DNA of 64,000 nt from Diplonema japonicum (taxonomy: Eukaryota > Protista > Euglenozoa: Diplonemea). The position numbers and the translations under genes are program-made. The notes under the pieces are model-generated. The model saw only the letters and a program-made list of their open reading frames with translations. It was not told where the DNA came from and did not search any database. The stretch lies in the NCBI GenBank assembly GCA_964019335.1, contig OZ025682.1, positions 434,001 through 498,000 of the forward strand, read 5' to 3'. Shown here one piece after another: positions 55,692-64,000 of this stretch (positions within the stretch are counted from its first letter, which is position 1; every line of letters begins with the position of its first letter).

Positions 55692-55833
55692 AAACTGCAC
55701 GAGCGCAGAATCTTGGTACCCGGGACGCCCCGGCTAGGGTTGAGCACACCGCACGCATTAAGGACACGACGCGGAACGCAGAAGAAGCTACTGCTCGGCC
55801 GAGGAGCGCCCCCTGTAATCAAGTAGGTAGTTC
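55561..55833 (+). mobile_element. Ribozyme-headed SINE-like repeat, copy 2
   Basis: Aligns over its full length with 38180..38456. Confidence 0.7.
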
Positions 55834-55842
55834 GTGCTTCAT

Positions 55843-55885
55843 TGCACGCTTAACGCCACCTAGTGTTGCAATCAAAGCCCCATTT
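55843..55885. repeat. 43-bp hairpin-forming dispersed repeat, copy 2
   Basis: 39/43 identical to 9428..9470. Confidence 0.7.
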
Positions 55886-55934
55886 TTTTTTTTTTTTCTT
55901 TTTTTTTTTGGTAGAGTTTGAAAAAGAGTTATTA

Positions 55935-55999
55935 TACATAGTGCATGGTGGTCCGCAACCGAACACTATGTAGCCTAGGTAGCCTATGTAGCCTATGTA
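55935..55999 (+). repeat. 9-bp inverted repeat followed by (CTATGTAGC) x ~3.8
   Basis: TACATAGTG(55935-43)/CACTATGTA(55964-72). Tandem 9-mers at 55966..55999. Confidence 0.7.
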
Positions 56000-56086
56000 T
56001 TATTATTATTATTTTTTTTTTCTCTCTCTTTTCAAGCCCGTGAAAAACAACAACGACAAAAAACAGATTTACAACAAAGAAAAAAA

Positions 56087-56467
56087 ATGTTCAGAAGGAG
56101 TACCCTCGCTATGGAGCGCCACTCCACCAAGTTCACCGAGCACAAGAACTACCACCACTATGGCAGAAGGGGCAGATGTGGAGTTCTTGGGTACGTGGTG
56201 GCAGGACTGGTTGTGTTCACTGCAGTCAAGCATTTCAACGGGGGCTGCTTCTCTCAAGGCTGGGACCACAGCAGGCGACATGCCGCAGTCACTGAGTCAG
56301 CCACGACCTCTCTTCCTCAGCAAGGAGTACCTGCCTTTTGGGATGGGAAGCAGTGGCATGCACTTCCTGAAGGTGGTGAGGGAGGCGCCCCGGTTGCCAC
56401 CTCTCGTTGGGAATGTCCCTTCAAGAAGAGTACTCATGAGGAAGAGCCCAAGGTAAGGGACTGCTGA
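56087..56467 (+). CDS. His-rich single-TM WDGxQW family protein, copy 1
   Basis: MFRRS start, His-rich N-terminus, VVAGLVVFTAV hydrophobic segment, PAFWDGKQW. The 3' end may be spliced at 56453. Confidence 0.75.
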   Translation: MFRRSTLAMERHSTKFTEHKNYHHYGRRGRCGVLGYVVAGLVVFTAVKHFNGGCFSQGWDHSRRHAAVTESATTSLPQQGVPAFWDGKQWHALPEGGEGGAPVATSRWECPFKKSTHEEEPKVRDC

Positions 56468-56847
56468 AAATATCTTTGAAGAAAGAGCTAAAACCCTTCC
56501 GATGTACCTCAAACTAGCCGCTCCTGATCCCACCTTGTGGGACACTTACCTTACTTATGTTCTTGAAACAACAACAACAAAAGAAAAATGAAAAAGAAGA
56601 ATATACACCCCTCCAGTATTGCTGCCCAGCGATCAGTTCGCAAGGCAAAGCCAATGCTGCAGCTATCCGCGCCTGACTTACTAAGTACGCTTTCTTTTAT
56701 CCCTCCCTCATTGGTTTCTTCCCTGTGGTGATGGAAGGCTTTTTTGAGCTGGTTATCAACACATGAAATGAAATATTCATTGATTTCCATTTTTTCTTTT
56801 GTAGCTTCAACATCGCACAGGTTAGCAAGCAAATAAACTAAAAGAAT

Positions 56848-57261
56848 ATGTTCAGAAGGAGCGCCATTGCTTTGAACGACAGCGAGTGCCACAAGCACCA
56901 CAAGCAATACCGCACACACCACCACTACCACCACAGCAGAATGGGCAGGTGTGGTGGCCCTCTTAAATTTGTGGTGGCAGGACTGGTTGTGTTCACTGCA
57001 GTCAAGCTTATCAATGAGGGCTGTCCCTTCTCCAAAGAGGGGAGGGGATGGGAGTGCCAACACAGGCGCCATGCCGCAGTCACTGAGTCAGCCACGACCT
57101 CTCTTCCTCAGCAAGGAGTACCTGCCTTTTGGGATGGGAAGCAGTGGCGTGCACTTCCTGAAGGTGGTGAGGGAGGCGCCCCGGTTGCCACCTCTCGTTG
57201 GGAATGTCCATTCAAGAAGAGTACTCATGAGGAACGCGAGCCCAAGGTAAGGGACTGCTGA
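56848..57261 (+). CDS. His-rich single-TM WDGxQW family protein, copy 2
   Basis: Tandem duplicate; unit spacing is 761-793 bp. Confidence 0.75.
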   Translation: MFRRSAIALNDSECHKHHKQYRTHHHYHHSRMGRCGGPLKFVVAGLVVFTAVKLINEGCPFSKEGRGWECQHRRHAAVTESATTSLPQQGVPAFWDGKQWRALPEGGEGGAPVATSRWECPFKKSTHEEREPKVRDC

Positions 57262-57640
57262 ACAAGTGCAAAAATAAAAGAGAACTAAAAATGAAACCCT
57301 TCCGATGTACCTCAAACTAGCCGCTCCTGATCCCACCTTTTACCTTACTTATATTCTTGGGAAAAAAAAAAAAAAAAAAAAAAAAAGATCCCCCTCCAGT
57401 AATGCTGCCCAGCGATCAGTTCGCAAGGCAAAGCCAATGCTGCAGCTATCCACACTTGACTTTCCACATACACTTTATCTTTCTTTATATTCTTGCTCCC
57501 TCTCTGTTTTGTTTCTCTTTTTTTCTCTGGTGATGCAAAGCTTTTTTGAGCTGGTTATCAACACAGAAATCTATTTTCTTCTTATGTGCACCGCATAGCT
57601 CAACATCGCACAGGTTAGAAAGCAGATAAACTAAAAGAAT

Positions 57641-58015
57641 ATGTTCAGAAGGAGCACCATTGCTTTGAACGACAGCGAGTGCCACCCTAAGCACAAGCAC
57701 CACAAGCAATACCGCACACACCACCACTACCACCACAGCAGAATGGGCAGGTGTGGTGGCCCTCTTAAATTTGTGGTGGCAGGACTGGTTGTGTTCACTG
57801 CAGTCAAGCATTTCAATGAGGGCTGTCCCTTCTCCAAAGAGGGGAGGGGATGGGAGTGCCATCACAGGCGACATGCCGCAGTCACTGAGTCAGCCACGAC
57901 CTCTCTTCCTCAGCAAGGAGTACCTGCCTTTTGGGATGGGAAGCAGTGGCATGCACTTCCTGAAGGTGGTGAGGGAGGCGCCCCGAAACCCGAACCCAAG
58001 GTAAGGGACTGCTGA
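57641..58015 (+). CDS. His-rich single-TM WDGxQW family protein, copy 3
   Basis: Tandem duplicate with frame-preserving indels. Confidence 0.75.
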   Translation: MFRRSTIALNDSECHPKHKHHKQYRTHHHYHHSRMGRCGGPLKFVVAGLVVFTAVKHFNEGCPFSKEGRGWECHHRRHAAVTESATTSLPQQGVPAFWDGKQWHALPEGGEGGAPKPEPKVRDC

Positions 58016-58421
58016 ACAAGTGCAGTGAAGAGAAAAGAGAAAACGAAAAACCCTTCTGACGAACCTCACACCAGCCGCTCCTGATCTCGCCTTGTGGGAC
58101 ACTTACCTTACTTATGTTCTTGAACTGGAAAAAAAAAAAAAAAAAAAAAATGAAAATGAAGAACTATCCCCCTCCAGTATTGCTGCCCAGCGATCAGTTC
58201 GCGAGGCAAAGCCAATGCCGCAGCTATCCGCGCCTAACTAACTTAAATTTTCTGTTTTTTTTTGTCCCCCTCCTCTTTTTTTTTCTTTCCCTCTGTGGTG
58301 ATGCAAAGACTTTTTTGAGCTGGATATCAACACATGGAAGAAATATTTTTTTTTGCTTTTCATTATTATTTTTTTTTTTTAGATTTTCTAATTGAATTGT
58401 AATTTGAATAGCCTACAGAAC

Positions 58422-58606
58422 ATGTTCAGAAGAACGCGAGTGCCATCTTAAGCACACGCACGTAGCACCACGGCAGGTGTGGTGTTTTTGGGTACGCAGT
58501 AGCAGGACAGCAGGCTTTCCACCGACGCCACCCACTCCCCTGTGGGTACGCCCGCCTACTGGATGGGAAGCAGTGGTACGCAGTAAAGACGGAACGAAGT
58601 GACTGA
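58422..58606 (+). pseudogene. Degenerate WDGxQW family copy 4
   Basis: ATGTTCAGAAGA start, deletions and frameshifts giving an early TAA (MFRRTRVPS*), and remnant DGKQWY. Confidence 0.65.
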
Positions 58607-58829
58607 TGATAAATTAAATCGTAAAAGTAAAGTACACCCCAATCCGCATTCCCCGCTCTGGCGTTTGCCGCAAAAAGCGATTGTTGTCGCCATTGCCACG
58701 CCTCTAGCTTTTCCCTTCTCTTTTTTTTTTCCTCTTTTTTTTTCCCTTCTTTTTATTTACACTTGATCCATGTGTCAGGTGGTGACTCAGACCCAAGCCT
58801 CGTTAGCAAAGGGGAAAGAAAAAGGGGAA

Positions 58830-59092
58830 ATGGGGTGCGGCGGTGGACACCCGAAGGCGCACCACAAGATAAGGAAGCTCTTGTTTATCGCGATAGTCGC
58901 TGCAGGGTATTATTATTACAAGAAGACGCAAAAGGCGAAAGACGAGGAGGAGCGAAGGAAAACTGTTGGGGAACCGGTTGCCAACCCAGTATGTTGGAAG
59001 GGAAAAAAAAAGAAAAAAAACAGCCCCTTGGAACTCTCGCCTTCTGGGACGGCAGACAGTGGTACCCACTACCGGAACGCGCAACACAGTGA
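58830..59092 (+). CDS. Divergent WDGxQW family member; intron 58989..59023
   Basis: MGCGGGHPKAHHK, TM LLFIAIVAAGYYYY, and spliced exon PLGTLAFWDGRQWYPLPERATQ*. Confidence 0.75.
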
Positions 59093-59317
59093 GTTTTAAA
59101 AAAAAGGAAAAAAAAAAAAAGAATCCTCTGTCAGAGCGTCCCCCTTTGGGGAAGCAAGAGTTGAAGCAATGCAAGAATCAAACCCCCCCCCCCCCCCTAC
59201 TAACTACTTCTTTTAAAACCCCCGAAGGATTTTTACTTTTTTTTTTGCCGGGAATAGTGGGCATAGCTGACTTGGAAATGCTTTATCCGGCTAAGAAAAA
59301 AAAAGGGGGTTTTTTAA

Positions 59318-60552
59318 CCACTGAAGGACCGGGGGTTTTGGCGAAAAAAAGTGCCAAGGACCGTCTATTTATGAACCCGGGAAAAAAAATGCGAGAAAAG
59401 TACACTATACCCTTTAAAAAGCACGTGACCCAGGGGTTAAAAACAAACAGTTTATTTTTCATGCAGGGGGGCTTACTTAGTGTTCATACGGGGTCGGGAG
59501 AGGAAATATACGACAAATACTGAGCATCACGAGCGACTTTGCTCAACCCACTCGAGGGCGCTTGGGCGGAGGACAGCCTCCCTCACTTTTTTTTTCTTCT
59601 ACAGATGTCGATTTTCTTCCAACATTGGGTCCTGGCGGACGCTGAAGCCCTTGAGAATTTTTTTTTTCAAGCGTCCCCAGAATTGTCGGTATTTTATCAT
59701 GTCAGGGTAGTCATTTTTTGTATGAAAAATCTCAAAGCACTCAGGGCACAGGGCAACATTGCACGTTTTGCAGGTGTAAAATTGTTTTTTTTTTTATTTT
59801 TGGCACAGCCTGGTGAATTTCATACTATAGGCAAAGTCGTAGAGATTAAAGGCAAAATTATAGGCAAAGCCGAAAAGGTTAACACGGGTTTAGTACGGCC
59901 GTGCCACAAGAGGAACCGGATGCTGTCCGAACTCTGCCGCATGGCTCTGTCATGGCGTGAGATTTGTTTGCTGGCCTCCTTCCGGAGTTGAACCGTGCCC
60001 ACGGGGTTGTATTTTTCTGTTGCGCTGAACCTCCGATAGCATGCATACCCGTACTCAAAAGAGAGCAGAAGGCGGGCAGAACCCAGACGGCGATCCAGGT
60101 GTTCAGTTGTACCACGTCTGCGTCGAATGTGGGCCCTTGGATGTGGCATACACCTTTGAACAGCTGATAATGGACCTCAGCAAGCTGTTTGCGATAAACA
60201 AACTGAAAAGTTGTAGCCTATCCATGTTGCTGGACCCCTGTACCCATGGGTATACGGTTGATATTTGTCCCCCAGCGCACACGACCCTCATCTGAGGTGG
60301 TGCTGGAGTTGGAAGAACCTCTTCAGAAGGTCCTGAGAGCTGCTCTCAAATACTAATTACAAAGGACACCAAGCAACCCCCTTGGGGACGGGTTTTTGTG
60401 TTTGTTCTTCGCGCAAAAGGGTATTTCAAATAAAAAAAAAATCGCGGAACAATGGGTCTTAGTAAAGTCCAGGGGCTGTGTGGCACAAAAAGTGTCACAT
60501 AGAAAAGATAATTTTTCTTAAGGACACATATGTCCTCATGGTCCTTTAGTGG
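59318..60552 (+). mobile_element. Non-autonomous piggyBac-superfamily DNA transposon (1235 bp)
   Basis: TTAA(59314-17)|CCACTGAAGGACC ... GGTCCTTTAGTGG|TTAA(60553-56): 13-bp TIRs (12/13 match) and a TTAA duplication. Frameshifted transposase-like remnants inside. Confidence 0.85.
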
Positions 60553-60860
60553 TTAAAATTAAACATTGAACGCTGCATCAGTATCTCAAAACTGTGTTAA
60601 CAGCGAGTTGGTATGGTGCATGCATCTTACTGCCTACTGGCTTCCACTGATTTTATCTTCTTTTTTATTTTTTATTATTTCTTTCAAAAAAAGAAAAAAG
60701 TGCTCTCCCCCTCTAACCCCCCCCTTTTTTTGGTTTTATCCTTTCTACGATGACAGTCGGGGAAGGGATTTTCATATTCCTTTTTTTAAAAAAAAAGATT
60801 TAAAAAAAAAAAAGAAAATTCCAATCTCAGAGTGAAGCCCTTAATACCTTAGAGTTTAGA

Positions 60861-61313
60861 ATGTTTCGGGGCACGGTAGGCTTGATGATGTGACGACCGC
60901 CGCCCAGGGGTCACGGGTATGGGTACACACGGACCACTGGGCACGGGACACGGTTTAGGGCAGGGATGCCTGTACAGGGAAGGAATCAAGTAAATTTTAT
61001 GAGCCTTTTCGTGATGGGGCTAACGGCGTTCTTGTTCTTCAGAATATTCACCCGGCCTCCCACGCACATGAACGACCCTTTGACAGCAGACCCTTATAGG
61101 GTACCCCCCAGCTTTGGGAGCAGAGGAATGCCACCCACGACCCAGCAGCCCTTCCGTCCGCCACCACCCTCCACTGCCCCTGCTACTACTCCGGTATGAT
61201 TCTTTTTTTTTCTACGAAAAAAAAAAAAAAAAAAAAAAACACAGCCTCCAGACACTCTTGCTTACTGGGACGGCAAGCAGTGGTGTCCTCTGCAACATCC
61301 TACGAAGGAGTAA
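60861..61313 (+). CDS. Divergent WDGxQW family member; intron 61194..61244; in-frame TGA at 60891 (start may be 60966)
   Basis: MFR start, TM FMSLFVMGLTAFLFF, Pro-rich linker, and spliced exon PPDTLAYWDGKQWCPLQHPTKE*. Confidence 0.65.
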
Positions 61314-61961
61314 AAGAGAAAAAAAAAAGAAAAAAAGAAGCGAGGGTGTGTTTGTGTGTGGGGTGGGTTAATTGGAAAAAAAAAAAAAAAAAAAAAAAAA
61401 AAGGGACATAGAAAAGAGAACACAAAAAAAAAGAAGGAAACAGAAAAAAAAGAAGAAATGTGACGAAAACGGCAGAAGCCCATTGTTGCGTCTTTTCTTT
61501 TCATTTAGAAGGAAAGAAAAAGGGGTGAGAGAGGATGAGAAAGCTTCAAAGCCCCCCCTCCCCCCAAAAAGGCCCTCTTTTCTTTTTTATTCTAAAGGGA
61601 AAAAAGAAAATGCAAATGTGCTATAAGATAAACAGGAATAATAATTCTTGCTGCGAAAGAAATCCTGTCTCTTTTGACGTTTCTGATTTCAACCTTTTTT
61701 TTTTAAAAAAAAGAAATCTTTTTTTTTTCCTTCTCATAAATAGCGTTCTCTTGTTCTTGCCTAACCACTCCCTTAATTTTTTTTTTTAGTTCAAGAACGA
61801 GTCTTTGACTTGTCTAACAAAAAGGGGAACCTTAACCTTCTTTTTTTTTTTTTTTTTGTGGCCATAAAAGTACTGCTCAGTTAAGCATTCTTGTAAAACA
61901 GTAAGTACCAACTTTTTTTTTTTTTTTTTTTTTTTTTCTCCAATCACCATCGTCTAGATCC

Positions 61962-62603
61962 ATGGAGAGGAGGGCCCTTTATGGCGAGCCGAAAACTGAA
62001 GAACACAGAAATTTATATGAAGCCCTCGATGGCAGGGATGAGGAACTCATAGATGGGGTGTACATAAGGAGAAAGTTGGCTCCTTCAAGGATGCCAGGGA
62101 TAGGGGAAAGGAAGGTCCCGATATTGAAAATAGTACTGGTAGGAGAATCCGTTGGGAAAAGCAAGCTGGTTGACGCTTGGGGAGGGAGCGATGTCAAAGG
62201 CCCCACAGTAGGTGTGGAGGGACACATGCTAAATGTGGTGGTCAGCGGGCAAGTTGTAAAGGTGGTGGTTTGGGATACTTCTTCCCAGCAGAAATATTTC
62301 GAAGTCCGGAATGAATTCTTCAAAGACGCCACTGTGGCCCTCGTCTGCTGTTCCCCTTCCGTCCCCTCGTCTATATCATCTCTACCGAAGTGGAGGTCAG
62401 AGGTTCTAAGATACGGCAAGGACCAGCCCCATCCCATCCTCGTCAATCTATTGCACACCACCACCCCTGCACCTACCCCTCCCGAACTTACGAAATTCTC
62501 CTCTTCATTCGCCATTTCACTGTACACCGTGAATCTGAAAACGGGCGACGGGGCGAAAGAGCTTCTCAACACCCTTGCTGCTAACTATTCGATTAGACGA
62601 TGA
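61962..62603 (+). CDS. RJL/DNAJC27-like Ras-superfamily GTPase, degenerate
   Basis: KIVLVGESVGKS, PTVGV, WDTSSQ, and the RJL-type signature FEVRNEFFKD. Confidence 0.75.
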   Translation: MERRALYGEPKTEEHRNLYEALDGRDEELIDGVYIRRKLAPSRMPGIGERKVPILKIVLVGESVGKSKLVDAWGGSDVKGPTVGVEGHMLNVVVSGQVVKVVVWDTSSQQKYFEVRNEFFKDATVALVCCSPSVPSSISSLPKWRSEVLRYGKDQPHPILVNLLHTTTPAPTPPELTKFSSSFAISLYTVNLKTGDGAKELLNTLAANYSIRR

Positions 62604-62782
62604 CGTTACAAAAGGCAACCAAAAAAAAGGAAACAAAGAAATTCCCCCTGCAAAAGGAGAGTGCGAAAAAACCCCTTAATTTTTTTTTTTTTCCCTTTGC
62701 ATCACGTAATTTTATAAAAAAAATAAAAAAAAATAAAATAAAATAAAAAAGGCAGGGGAGGTGAGGGGAGGGGAGGGCATTC

Positions 62783-63697
62783 ATGCAGCAGGTGTGGGAC
62801 AATGACGGGGAGCTCACCACCGAACTCGAAGCCATAAAAAGACGGGTGGACCAGCTGGTGAAGAACCATGAGGGGATGGACTCCAAGGCGCTGAAGGACG
62901 AGACTAAGGCGTGCCAGGACCAGTTTCGACAAATAGCATCTCTGCTGAAGAGGCAGAAGAGAGACATCGACTTTGTGACTAAACAGAACGGAGCCGTGGA
63001 TGAAAAACAGAGGGAAGACCTGATGGAGAGGTACTACCAACCAGCGATGTCACAGCACGAGCAGCTAAAAGAGAAAATAGCAGGACTGCAAGGATTGGGA
63101 TCCAGCAAGCCTGCTAAGGTTGAGTTTGCAAGGGCGGAATTGACAAAAGGCAACCCTGCGGGTGAGAAAGGTATTTTCTAAAAAAAGAAATTTTTTTTTT
63201 CCCCTCATAAACTTAGATGACGAAGAGCTGGAAGTCATGGCACAAACCATTACAGTGGCTGAGGTGCAGGACAGAACCAAAGCGATACAAAAAGATGGGA
63301 TTAAGTCAGCTTTGCAGAGTGAGAAAATAGTACAGGATATGAACGGGCTTGCGGGGCAGATTGAGGTGGACCTTGCAAAGCAGAACGAAGATATTGAACT
63401 AATCATGGATGATATGGATAACCTCGCCAACCAGGTGAAGAGGGCAAGGAGGGAAGTGGTATGTTTTTTTTTGAGAATAAAAAAAAAAAAAAAAAGGGTC
63501 AGTTCAGCCGGCGGATGGCCACCGACAAATGTTTCATATGTCTTTTCGTCCTCGTGTTGCTCTTTATCTGCACAGTTGTTGGTTTGAAGATCTTCAATAA
63601 GTCCGACAGCAGCGGAAGTGAAGAAAACCCGCAAAACCAAGAATTCGAGAATGCACAACAGCTCCATGCTGCGTTTAAGCGAACCTTGGGCATCTAG
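62783..63697 (+). CDS. NPSN: NPSN-type Qb-SNARE; introns 63171..63216 and 63459..63496
   Basis: Helical N-domain, SNARE heptads with zero-layer Q (LAKQNEDI), RRMATDKC motif, then a TM helix. Confidence 0.85.
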
Positions 63698-64000
63698 GGT
63701 TTTTTTTTTTTCTTTTTTTCTTCCTAACCCTCCCTTTTTTACTGAATATACACCCCCCCCCTTGCTCCCCCCCCCCCCCCCCCCTGCCATTCTTGTCTCT
63801 TTTTTATAGATTTTACTGAGGTTTTTTTTTCTTCTTCTTTTTTTTTTCTCTTCTGGATAACACACAAAAAAAGCGCGATAAAATGATTTATATATTTTTT
63901 ATTAACACCCTCCCCCCTTCCTCCCCTCCCCTTTAGAAAAGAAAAAGGAAGAAGAGAAAGGAGGGGGGGAAGAAAAAAAAAAGAGGACAAAAGAAATAGA

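Noticed and set aside
58603-58640. CTGATGA as a hammerhead ribozyme core
   Set aside because: No stem II followed by GAAA.
60891-60893. Selenocysteine recoding of the in-frame TGA
   Set aside because: No SECIS-like hairpin seen downstream and no redox-motif context.
1-64000. tRNA, spliced-leader RNA, CRISPR arrays, prokaryotic promoters or terminators
   Set aside because: None recognised by eye; the sequence is eukaryotic, and its repeats are coding, tandem-gene or transposon-derived.

Overview
Eukaryotic genomic DNA, most likely a euglenozoan protist such as a diplonemid (inference from gene organisation, not established). About 31 protein-coding genes or pseudogenes lie head-to-tail on the + strand, which suggests polycistronic transcription. 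Introns are tiny (35-62 nt), GT-AG, mostly GTATG donors and A-rich, and spacers are dominated by long homopolymers. Recognisable genes: TPR protein, kinesin, PDZ/Zn-finger protein, CLASP-C-like protein, PEX11, TFIIIC large subunit, AA10 LPMO with two CBM1-like modules, CLC channel, cytochrome b5-acyl-CoA dehydrogenase (PTS1), SWI3/SMARCC, GUP1-like MBOAT, a 2816-aa multidomain protein, an RJL-like GTPase and an NPSN SNARE. Most notable signals: (1) a ~280-bp dispersed repeat (2 copies) whose 5' end folds by hand into a complete HDV-like self-cleaving ribozyme, in sense orientation just after stop codons; (2) two tandem AfsA/ScbA-like hotdog-fold paralogues with peroxisomal PTS1 signals; (3) a TTAA-flanked piggyBac-type element inside a tandem array of small WDGxQW membrane proteins; (4) an antisense 80-nt LSU rRNA fragment spanning the R2/I-PpoI site; (5) a CLC lacking the gating glutamate. 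All calls come from manual reading; no searches were run.
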